Shown here: piece by piece, positions 1 through 12,656 of the stretch
How the letters are laid out: each line of letters opens with the position of its first letter
Position numbering within the stretch: position 1 is the first letter of the stretch
Assembly (NCBI GenBank): GCA_965202625.1
Contig: CBDBBI010000007.1
Span: 1-23,285, forward strand
Direction of reading: 5' to 3'
Origin: a bacterium
Lineage (GTDB): Bacteria; UBA8248
Length of the DNA: 23,285 bases
Program-made: the position numbers and the translations under genes
Notes under the pieces: model-generated
Database searches by the model: none
Seen by the model: only the letters and a program-made list of their open reading frames with translations
What the model was told of the DNA's origin: nothing

Positions 1-1
1 G

Positions 2-604
2 CGCCTCCGCCCTTACATGCGCGTCTGCGGAATCTCGTGGTTCGCTCGCCGCAGGGAGGGAAAGGCGCCTCTCCCGGGCCGGCAGGGCGAGCGGCGCATG
101 AAGCTCGTCGGCTTCGCCCCTGCGGAAATCGCCCGCCTGCAATTATGCGATGGCCTCACCCTCGTCGAGGCGGACGGGGCGAGAAGGCTGCCCATCAAGG
201 CGCCTGGGCCGGACGAGCCCGTGCTGCCGGAAAGCCTGGACGCCGTTCTGGGCGTCGTAGGGCTGGATGCGTTGGGCGCCCCCTTGAGCGAGGCGCGCGT
301 CTTTCGCGCGAAGCGGTTCTCGAAAGTGTGCGGCGTGCAGGCCGGCGAGGAGATAACGGCGAAAGCGATCGGAAAATTATGCGCGAGCCCTGCGGGTCTG
401 TTTCACAAGGCGGGGGCTGGTGTGCGGAAGTGGATCGTCATCAACAAGGCCGACCTGGAGCCCTCGGTGGAAAAACTCGAAAAAATGGCATATATTATCT
501 GGGAGATGGCCGGAGCATCGAACGGTCCGGCGGACGGTATTCTCCTCACGTCTTGCTTGCAGAACGCGTGCAAAGTCTTTTTGCGAATCGCACCAGACGC
601 CTGA
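2..604 (+). CDS. yqeC: Selenium-dependent molybdenum hydroxylase accessory protein YqeC (5'-truncated by window edge)
   Basis: Motifs LVEADGARRLPIKAPGPDEPVLP and VVGLDALG are characteristic of YqeC. The frame is open upstream of the listed ATG at 17 to the window start. The gene is adjacent to xdhC. Confidence 0.85.
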   Translation, partial: RLRPYMRVCGISWFARRREGKAPLPGRQGERRMKLVGFAPAEIARLQLCDGLTLVEADGARRLPIKAPGPDEPVLPESLDAVLGVVGLDALGAPLSEARVFRAKRFSKVCGVQAGEEITAKAIGKLCASPAGLFHKAGAGVRKWIVINKADLEPSVEKLEKMAYIIWEMAGASNGPADGILLTSCLQNACKVFLRIAPDA

Positions 605-634
605 GACGGGCGGTGCGCCTCAAGGGAGCGGGGA

Positions 635-1780
635 ATGGGCAAGGACGTTTTCAGGGAAATGGCCAGGCTGAAGGAAGAAGGCCAGAGCGGTGCGCTCGCC
701 ACCGTGGTGAACCGCAAGGGATCGGCGCCCATGAGCGGGGACGCGAAAATGCTCGTGCGCGAGGACGGCAGCACGGAGGGCACCGTCGGGGGCGGCTGCC
801 TGGAGGCGGAGGTCTGGGAAAGCGCCATGAGCGTCCTGGAGACGGGCGAGCCTGAGAAGTGCGCCTTCGACCTCACCCAGCAGGAGGCGGAGGACAGCGG
901 ACACATCTGCGGCGGCGTCGTGGAGATACTGGTGGAGCCGTTTCGGGTGTTTCATCCGGAACTGCTTGATGCGATCAACACCATCAGAAACCAGGGCGGC
1001 AGCGCGGCGTTGGCGACCATCGTCCAGCCGGGCGCGCTCGACATTCCGGCGCCGGAAGCCAGAAAAATGCTTTTCAGGCGCGACGGCAGCGCCGTGGGCG
1101 AAATTCCCCACTATTCGGCGGAGATTTGGGCGGAGAGCACGCAAATCATTCGCCAGGGCAGCCCCTCTCTCCTGCATTTCCACACGGAGGCGGCGCGCGC
1201 GGGGCGAAAGAGGTCCGCGCCCGGAGAGGCCACAGAAATTTTCGTCGAACCCATATCCGGCCAGCCGCTCGTCTACGTCTTCGGCGGCGGGCACGTGTCT
1301 TTCTGCGTCGCGCAGGCGGCCTATCTCGCCGGCTTCAGGGTCGCGGTCGTAGAGGACAGACCATCGTTCGCCAACGCGGAGCGCTTTCCGATGGCGGAGG
1401 CGTTCTACGTGGGGGAATTTCCCGAAATTTTCGAGAAAATTCCGGTGGACGAGGCGGACTACATGGCCATCATCACCCGGGGGCACGCGAACGACGAGGT
1501 CGTCCTGGAATGGGCGATGCAGACGAACGCGCGCTACATCGGAATGATAGGTTCAAAGAGCAAGGTACTGCTCACCTATCGCCACCTCGAAGAGAAGGGC
1601 CACGATCGGGGAGAACTCATCAAGCGCGTCCACGCACCCATCGGCCTGGACATTGGCGCCGATACGCCGGGGGAGATCGGGGTCGCCATCGTCGCAGAAC
1701 TCATTCGCCACCGCCGCCGGGGCGAGGCGAGAAGCGAGGGCGCGGGCAGCAAAAGGGTGCAGTTGAGAAGAAAATCCTGA
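635..1780 (+). CDS. xdhC: XdhC/CoxI-family molybdenum hydroxylase maturation factor
   Basis: N-terminal ALATVV..KGSAP..AKMLV..GTVGGGCLE..CGG motif, a second degenerate CoxI-like repeat (AALATIV..KMLF), and a C-terminal Rossmann domain (VFGGGHV, ITRGH..D, YIGMIGSKSK, HAPIGLDIGADTPGEI). RBS GGAG/GGGG upstream. Confidence 0.93.
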   Translation: MGKDVFREMARLKEEGQSGALATVVNRKGSAPMSGDAKMLVREDGSTEGTVGGGCLEAEVWESAMSVLETGEPEKCAFDLTQQEAEDSGHICGGVVEILVEPFRVFHPELLDAINTIRNQGGSAALATIVQPGALDIPAPEARKMLFRRDGSAVGEIPHYSAEIWAESTQIIRQGSPSLLHFHTEAARAGRKRSAPGEATEIFVEPISGQPLVYVFGGGHVSFCVAQAAYLAGFRVAVVEDRPSFANAERFPMAEAFYVGEFPEIFEKIPVDEADYMAIITRGHANDEVVLEWAMQTNARYIGMIGSKSKVLLTYRHLEEKGHDRGELIKRVHAPIGLDIGADTPGEIGVAIVAELIRHRRRGEARSEGAGSKRVQLRRKS

Positions 1781-1848
1781 CGTCCCGCAAAGAACGCCCG
1801 CGGCGCTCGGACAAGAGGGTCTCCCCTTTCACCTGAAGCGAAAAGCCT

Positions 1849-2604
1849 ATGCTTCACCTTCGTTCTCTCCTTCGCTCGGCGACGGACTTTCTCCTCCCCA
1901 GAAAGTGCCACTTGTGCCTGAATCTGATGGAAATCGGCGGGACCGATGCGATATGCACCCCTTGCGCGGACGCCTTCGAACGCTTCAAACCGCCCTGGTG
2001 CCCCAGATGCGGCAGACCCTTTCACTCCCAGGCCGCCCTGTCCCATTTTCCCGCGCACGTCTGCGCCCCGTGCCAACAAGACGACCTTCACTATGACAAG
2101 GCCCGCGCCATCGGCGCCTTTGAGGGTTCTTTGCGAGAGTTGGTGCATCTCCTCAAGTTCGGGGGCGTCACGAAGCTGGCGCGCGCACTCGCTCCCCATC
2201 TCGCCGATCTGGCGACCAGCGAATTCGGCGTCGGTGAAGAAACGCCGAACGTCATCCTCACGCACGTGCCGATCGACCCCGCGCGCTGGAGAACCCGGGG
2301 CTTCGATCAGGCACTGCTCCTCTCCCTCCAGACGGCGGAGCACCTGGGCAAGCCGCACGCGCGCTTGCTGGAACGCGCGAAGCCAGGCCGCTCGCAAACG
2401 GGATTGTCCGGGCGGGAGAGGCGGCGAAACATGCGCGGGGTATTCAGGGTTCGCTCCGGAGGGGTGCGTGAAAAACTCGCATCCGCCACGTGTATCTTGA
2501 TCGACGACGTGGTCACGACCGGCTCGACCGCCTCGGCGTGCGCGCGGGAGCTCAAAAAATCGGGGGCCAACGCGGTGCACCTCCTCACCATCTGCCGCGC
2601 TTGA
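1849..2604 (+). CDS. comF: ComF family protein (double zinc ribbon + phosphoribosyltransferase domain)
   Basis: Four CxxC motifs (CHLC, CTPC, CPRC, CAPC), RGFDQA, QTGL...RRRN and the PRPP-binding loop LIDDVVTTGST. Confidence 0.92.
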   Translation: MLHLRSLLRSATDFLLPRKCHLCLNLMEIGGTDAICTPCADAFERFKPPWCPRCGRPFHSQAALSHFPAHVCAPCQQDDLHYDKARAIGAFEGSLRELVHLLKFGGVTKLARALAPHLADLATSEFGVGEETPNVILTHVPIDPARWRTRGFDQALLLSLQTAEHLGKPHARLLERAKPGRSQTGLSGRERRRNMRGVFRVRSGGVREKLASATCILIDDVVTTGSTASACARELKKSGANAVHLLTICRA

Positions 2605-2638
2605 GGGGCCGCGTCTTCTCGCAAAATCTCTATCCCCA

Positions 2639-2677
2639 AACCTGAAGGCACAGGTTCACATCCTGCCCCCGCAACCA
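2639..2677 (+). pseudogene. Degenerate 3' half of initiator tRNA-Met (probable att-site remnant)
   Basis: AACCTGAAGGCACAGGTTCACATCCTGCCCCCGCAACCA matches the tRNA-fMet 3' end pattern (AACCYGAAGGTC..GGTTCAAATCC..CCCCCGCAACCA), with T-arm CAGG-TTCACAT-CCTG and CCA. The anticodon loop, D-arm and 5' anticodon stem are not recognisable. Confidence 0.75.
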
Positions 2678-2694
2678 AACCAAATTTTCCTTGG

Positions 2695-2788
2695 AGATAT
2701 CAAAGGCTGAGGCCAGAACCGAGTGCGAACAAAGCGCCTTTCCGTGCTCCAAAACTTTCCGACACGCTCCCCAAAGATTTCAAAGGCT
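2695..2788 (+). repeat. 14-bp direct repeat pair AGAT(A/T)TCAAAGGCT
   Basis: Copies at 2695-2708 and 2775-2788, 13/14 identical, immediately downstream of the tRNA fragment. Confidence 0.6.
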
Positions 2789-2802
2789 TCTGACCATCGC
2801 GC

Positions 2803-2942
2803 GCGGAGGACGCGGACGCCCTCGCCGCAATCGCGCTTGCGGATTCTGCCTTGCGCGACCTTTGCAACGCCCTTGCACGGCCATTTTACAAGCCGTTTAG
2901 GCCCCGAAAAACGGTCTTTTTCAGGGCATTCCGGGTTATTTT
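2803..2942 (+). repeat. Diverged dispersed non-coding repeat, copy 1
   Basis: Shares collinear exact blocks ACGCGGA, CCTCGCCGC, CACGGCCATTT, CCCGAAAAA, CAGGGCATTC and TTATTTT with 22307-22431. Confidence 0.7.
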
Positions 2943-3210
2943 TGTCTGGCTACAGCCGACCAGGCTGTCCAGGGCGTATGCGGCCCGGGGGTTGTTCCGC
3001 GCATACCACCCAGCCCGCCGCTGTGGTCGCCCCCGTCAGGAGCACCGCGTTCAGCCCCTCGACTGTTCGCCGCTCCCTCCCAACGCCACCCGGTCGAAGC
3101 CACGGATGCGCGCAAGGCCGAACAGGCGATGGAGGAAGGTCCGCATGGGCGGAAGAATCGCCCAAAACGGACTCTCAATCTGTTGGAATGTTTGGGAAAG
3201 GTTATGCTGG

Positions 3211-6326
<3,116 letters not shown>

Positions 6327-6330
<4 letters not shown>

Positions 6331-6977
6331 TCTGCCTCCCCTCTTTCGTCTAATTCTCCTGCCAGAAAGCGAGCGCCGAGGTCCCGATAAGCCACGGGAT
6401 CCACGGAGAACAGAAGCTCACTGGCATAGTAATCCCCCTCGCAGACCTGCACCATGCCGTACTTGCGATCAATTACTTTATCAAGCTGCCCATCACGTTC
6501 TGGAGGGCCCACTGGCCTTCTTGTGAGAATCTCATTCTCGAGTTTTTCTTCAGGGTTGGGAACATCGAACAGAAAACCGAAAATCCATAGCGCGCTTTCC
6601 CGAATGATTCGAAGAACCTCGATTTCGGGAGTTCCCTTGATTCCGCCATGATACTGCTCGTTTCTGTGGTTGTGCGCCCAAATTACGGATGCGCGATCAA
6701 TCCTGAATGCAGGAGTGCGAGCCTTGTATTCGCACTCCAGGAAGTCAAGTTTCGTGTGATAATTGTTGAGCCATTTTTCGACCTGCGCTTGCGTATACTG
6801 GCGGTTTTCTCTCTGGATCGGATCCAGGGAGAGGTACGTCGCGATGGCGACTTCAATGGAGTTGTCAAAGGAGATGAGCGCGATACGACGGTCGAAGTCA
6901 TCGCCATTCCGAAGATGGCCTTCCGCGTGAACGAGCAGTTCAAACGGACCCTTCGCCCAAGGGCGAATCCCGCTCAT
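6327..6977 (-). CDS. Putative HEPN-domain ribonuclease embedded in the hsd operon
   Basis: 216 aa, helical-looking. N-terminal [12 protein letters not shown] helix (E42) and R105-N-E-Q-Y-H110 fit the HEPN Rx4H signature. Its stop overlaps the hsdR start (ATGA). GC is visibly lower than in hsdR and hsdM. Confidence 0.7.
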
Positions 6978-7018
6978 GTCACAGCTACCTTGCCGTTGCG
7001 AGAGATCGGCGCGTCCAT
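6974..7018 (-). other. 14-codon mini-ORF ([14 protein letters not shown]) bridging the hsdS stop and the HEPN start
   Basis: Its ATG (7018-7016) overlaps the hsdS TGA (TGATG). Its TGA (6976-6974) overlaps the HEPN ATG (ATGA). Translation is not demonstrated. Confidence 0.45.
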
Positions 7019-8336
7019 CACGGCACTCGCCCGAGGAAGGTCTCGGCGTCCTTCACGCGGATTTCGCCGGACATCAGATTCGGAAGAAGGAGGTCGCGGG
7101 TTTGGGCGAGGGTGCGGCTCTCTCCACTAAAGAGTCGCTTCTGCAGCATCATAGAGAAGCTGAGGAAGGCTTCGAGAACTGGCACAGGGGCCACGACAAG
7201 CCTATGACTATCCATCAAGCCTTTGCCGTTTAAGTTTGGAACGGATGTGCCTGAGATAAACTTTTGGATTTCTCCGTTTAGTTTCATCCTGTGTAGATGC
7301 CGATCGACAAAACAGGCGTGACCGGGCGTCTTGCAGACTATTCTCTTCACAAAATTCGAGTAGATAGTTTGACCTTTCCTAGAAAAGAAATCTTCAACTC
7401 CAACCCAGAGTGACCTGCCACATGGACCCACGCCAGACGAGGCAATCAAGACGTCGCACGTGCTAATAGTTCGCTTTGCTATCGCCACACGCTTGGCAAA
7501 CCGCCAAGGTGCCTTGGGTGCTGTTCCCTGCTCCCTCAGGTGCTGGATGTCGACCCCTCGTAGGCACATGTATGCGTCGAAATCCGCGTTCTCAGGCTCG
7601 TCCTTACCCCAAAGGCCACCAATAGTGATTTCGCCGAGCGCGCCTAATGATAACTCTTCCCATCCTTCCGGCTTGCCTTCCTCATCCAGCCTGTCGGGGA
7701 ACAGGTCCCAGATTTCGGGGGCGATGTAGGGTTCGCGGCCTTCCATCTTGGCGCGGGTGGGGCCGAAATCCACGAACCAGTCCTTGAAAATCGCCCGCGC
7801 CATCGCCTCCAGCGTCTCGTTCATCCGCCGGTTCAGGTCGATCTTGTCGTCGAGGGCGCCCAGGGTGGCGGCTATCATGCGTTGTTCGGGGAGCGGAGGA
7901 GTCATCACCTCAAGTGCTTCAATCGCCGACGGGCTTACATTTGCCTGTGCTGAGCCATGGGAGGAGGCTTCGACCCGCTGGCGAAAATCGTCGTTGGACA
8001 CCAAAAAGAACAGAAAATCTAGATCGCAGCGCTCACTAGGAAAAAACTTCCCAACTCTTTGATTTAGCACGAGGGCGTCGAACCCCCGGACCTTTGCAAC
8101 CTCGCCGACATAGCCTGTAAGGCCGATCAGAATATCACCATCCGACAACATGAAACCGCTGCTCGTCGCGTCGGCCTCGGCGACAAACGAACAGCCGCCC
8201 ATATCCAACCGACCGCGTTTGACGTTCCCAATCTTTACGACTGGGACACCTTGATCAGTCCACTGCGAACTCTTGAAGGCAAAGCCGGACTTTACCCGCG
8301 CCAATTTCCCAATTTTACCCGTGGTCCAGTTTTCGG

Positions 8337-8340
<4 letters not shown>
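7018..8340 (-). CDS. hsdS: Type I R-M specificity subunit S
   Basis: Two target recognition domains separated by the conserved region [42 protein letters not shown], with C-terminal [15 protein letters not shown]. The GTG start overlaps the hsdM stop (GTGA). Confidence 0.96.
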
Positions 8341-9896
<1,556 letters not shown>

Positions 9897-10028
9897 GGTT
9901 CGTGCTCCTTATCCTGTGAGGGAAGGACGATGTTCCCCGTCAGATTTTCATATTTCTCAAACGCTATGACTACGACGGGCGCACCACGGGCGGAAACCGC
10001 CTTTATGGGACATCTCCTCTTTGGCGGT

Positions 10029-10057
10029 ATAGTGGCCACAACAGCCAGAACCGTCAA
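10029..10057 (-). promoter_or_regulatory. Putative sigma70 promoter of the hsd operon
   Basis: Minus strand TTGACG (10057-10052), 17-bp spacer, CACTAT (10034-10029), about 130 bp upstream of hsdM. Confidence 0.45.
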
Positions 10058-10154
10058 TCAAGAATCAGGCGAGCCAGTGCGATTTTATAAACCGTTGGCG
10101 TCGCCGAAGCCGGCCGCGCATTTCCTGCCGACATACTCGCCCAAGCCGCCCTGC

Positions 10155-10192
10155 GTCTCATGCGGATCAGCCTGGTCTCATGCGAATCAGCC
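10155..10192. repeat. Tandem 18-bp direct repeat with 20-bp period
   Basis: GTCTCATGCGGATCAGCC (10155-10172) and GTCTCATGCGAATCAGCC (10175-10192), 17/18 identical. Confidence 0.8.
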
Positions 10193-10298
10193 CGCACAGG
10201 GCGTCGTGGGGGCAGACAACGGCGTCGTGCGCAGAAAATTTCTCAGATACCGAAGAATAAAAGCGAAACGGCTCTGGCGGAGCGGCACCACAAACTGT

Positions 10299-11333
10299 TC
10301 ATTTCCCGCCATTTTTGACCATTCGGGCGGCGAGGAGGAGTGCGTCGATCATGCTGGAGGGATCGGCGACCCCCCGCCCTGCGATGGGAAACCCCGTTCC
10401 GTGTTCCGCCGACGTTCTGATGATGGGCAGGCCCAGCGTGACGTTGACGCCCCGAACGCTCCCCTCCCCCCGGGCGTTGAAGCGAAAACACGCCAGCTTC
10501 CCCGGAATGTGTCCCTGGTCGTGATACATGGCCACGACGCCAGCGTAGTGCCCCCCTCGCAATTTCGCGAATATCGTATCCGGCGGCTCAGGCCCATGTG
10601 CGTCGATGCCCATCGCCCGCAAATCCGAAACCGCCGGCGCGATTTCCTCCCCCTCCTCGGTTCCGAACAGGCCGGATTCGCCCGCGTGGGGATTCAGGCC
10701 CGCAACCCCGATTCTGGGCCTCTTTCGGTCGAGCAGGCACAACGCCTCGTCGAAAACACGCGTCACGCATACGATTCTTTTTCTCTTCACGAGCTGAACC
10801 GCCGTCCGAAGAGGGCAATGCGTCGATAGGTGGGCGATGCGTATTCTGCGGTGGGCCAGCATCATGACGGGCCGTCCCCCGCAGCACAGGGCGGCGAGCA
10901 TTTCGGTATGCCCGGGATAGTCATAACCTCCGGCCTGCAAGGATTCCTTGCTTATCGGTGCGGTCGCAACGGCGTCCGCCCATCCGGAGCGCACCATCGA
11001 GACGGCTCTTTCGACGTATTCGCCCGACGCCCTGCCGAGTTCGGGAAGAACCTCTCCGAACACCCGGTGTGCGGGAGCGACGTTTTTGAGGTCGATCACG
11101 CAAATGGACGAGGATTCGCACTCCGGAGGGGGCGGCTTCTCCTCTTCGAGCGACTGGAGTCGGGGCCGAACTCCCATTCTGCGCGCGTGTTTGCCAAGAA
11201 CCGCCGCGTCGCCGACGATGACGGGGACACATTTTTTTTGAACGCGCACCTCCTGAGCCGCCTTCAGGCACACCTCGGGCCCCACTCCCGCAGGATCCCC
11301 CATGGTCATCGCGATGACGGGTCGTCTTCTCAA
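10299..11333 (-). CDS. pdxA: PdxA-family 4-phospho-hydroxyacid dehydrogenase (PdxA or PdxA2)
   Basis: TMGDPAGVGPE, TAPISKE, GHTE, LNPHAGE, MYHDQG, NVTLGLPIIRTS.EHGT. The start is placed at TTG 11333 behind RBS AAGGAG rather than at 11417. Confidence 0.93.
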   Translation of the reverse strand: MRRRPVIAMTMGDPAGVGPEVCLKAAQEVRVQKKCVPVIVGDAAVLGKHARRMGVRPRLQSLEEEKPPPPECESSSICVIDLKNVAPAHRVFGEVLPELGRASGEYVERAVSMVRSGWADAVATAPISKESLQAGGYDYPGHTEMLAALCCGGRPVMMLAHRRIRIAHLSTHCPLRTAVQLVKRKRIVCVTRVFDEALCLLDRKRPRIGVAGLNPHAGESGLFGTEEGEEIAPAVSDLRAMGIDAHGPEPPDTIFAKLRGGHYAGVVAMYHDQGHIPGKLACFRFNARGEGSVRGVNVTLGLPIIRTSAEHGTGFPIAGRGVADPSSMIDALLLAARMVKNGGK

Positions 11334-11522
11334 AGTGGCTCCTTCTCCGCACACTGCACGGGAAAAACCAAAACGCAGCCGCGCGCGCCTATCATTCTTC
11401 ATTCTCGCTTCGCGCATCGTCTCGCCGGAAACCCTTGACTTTGGCGATGCGCGCGGCCGAAGATGGTTGCCTGAATATGAAAGAACCTGGAACTCTCATC
11501 AAGGGGCGGAGAGGAAAACCCT

Positions 11523-12032
11523 TTGGACGCAAAAGGTGCGAGTGCGGCCCACACGGTGCGGAAATTTCACGAACTCGGATTCACGCACGTCCTCATGATT
11601 CCGGACAGCGAGAGCAGGCTCCTCTACGAACGCCTGGAGAGTGCCCCGGAAATCGACCTCATCACCCCCTGCCGGGAGGGAGAGTCGATCGCCATCGCCG
11701 CCGGGCTGTGGACGGGGGGGCAAAAACCGCTGCTCGTGATTCAGAATACGGGGCTGATGGAGGCGGGAGACGCCTTGAGAGGCTGCGGTGCAGGGCCCAG
11801 GGTACCCTTGCGCATGATGGTCGGCTGGCGGGGATACGGCGGGGCGATGTTGGGCAAGCTGCCGATAGATTCGGCCTACCCCTTCACCGAGCCGCTTCTC
11901 AAGGCGTGGGGAATACCGACATGGCACCTCATGTCGGACGAAGACCTGGGCGCGCTCGACCTGATGGACGAAGCGGCGGCGGCCTCCTCCTATCCGGCGG
12001 CCGTCCTCACCGGCTACGCATTCCAACCCTGA
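11523..12032 (+). CDS. TPP-dependent decarboxylase alpha subunit (sulfopyruvate/phosphonopyruvate decarboxylase ComD-like)
   Basis: IPDS, CREGESIAIAAG, IQNTGL..GDAL, VGWRG and TEPLLKAWGIP match the PYR domain of the ComD/Ppd family. TTG start with GAGAGGA RBS. Confidence 0.8.
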   Translation: MDAKGASAAHTVRKFHELGFTHVLMIPDSESRLLYERLESAPEIDLITPCREGESIAIAAGLWTGGQKPLLVIQNTGLMEAGDALRGCGAGPRVPLRMMVGWRGYGGAMLGKLPIDSAYPFTEPLLKAWGIPTWHLMSDEDLGALDLMDEAAAASSYPAAVLTGYAFQP

Positions 12033-12050
12033 CCACAGAGGCGGAGCGTC

Positions 12051-12635
12051 TTGATAGAGCGGATGGCGCTGTTTCAGGCCGTGGCGGAGCACCGAACGAC
12101 AGAGATCGTCGTGATGACCATGACCGCCACCCTCCAGTGGCCCCTGGTCTCGAAAAGCGACCTTGATTTCGATTTTCTGGCGTTCGGCATGGGGCACGCC
12201 GCCGACTTCGGCCTGGGCCTCGCCCTCGCGCGACCCGAGAGAAAGGTCATCGTCTGGAAAGGGGACGGGGGGATGCTGATGAGTCTCGGCTCGCTCGTGA
12301 CGCTGGCACGCTATGGACCCGAAAACCTGCTCGTCTTTCTGCTGGAGAACAGGAGCTACGAGATGGTGGGCGGGCAAAGGCTTCCCCCCCGGGCCGATTT
12401 CGTCGCGCTGGCGCGCGCCTCGGGGTTTGAGGGCGGCGGCGCGACGGGAAAGGGCAAGGTGGGGCGGGTGGATTCTCTCGGGGCGTTTCGCAAAACCCTC
12501 CCCCGGCTCCTCGCCGAGGCGGGGCCGCACTTCATCGCGCTTCCCGTCACGAACAGGGAAAAACTTCCGCCCGTCAACCATTCCGATCACGCGGGGAGAA
12601 TTCAAACCCTCAGAGGTGCGCTGAACGTCTCTTGA
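12051..12635 (+). CDS. TPP-dependent decarboxylase beta subunit (ComE-like)
   Basis: MGHAADFGLGLALARPERKVIVWKGDGGMLMSLGSL...ENRSYEMVGGQ is the TPP/Mg-binding GDG..N motif. Confidence 0.82.
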   Translation: MIERMALFQAVAEHRTTEIVVMTMTATLQWPLVSKSDLDFDFLAFGMGHAADFGLGLALARPERKVIVWKGDGGMLMSLGSLVTLARYGPENLLVFLLENRSYEMVGGQRLPPRADFVALARASGFEGGGATGKGKVGRVDSLGAFRKTLPRLLAEAGPHFIALPVTNREKLPPVNHSDHAGRIQTLRGALNVS

Positions 12636-12656
12636 GCGGCGAGAGATGCGGGGGCT

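Noticed and set aside
10162-10176. GCGGATCAGCCTGGT resembles the tRNA-fMet D-arm (possible second att half)
   Set aside because: Too short, explained by the local tandem repeat, and lacks flanking tRNA structure.
10155-10240. Possible CRISPR or mini-array
   Set aside because: Only two copies per repeat, a 2-bp gap rather than spacers, and no cas genes.
12030-12075. Selenocysteine readthrough at the alpha-subunit TGA
   Set aside because: The TGA is at the natural domain end rather than a catalytic Cys position, there is no convincing SECIS, and the downstream gene has its own RBS.
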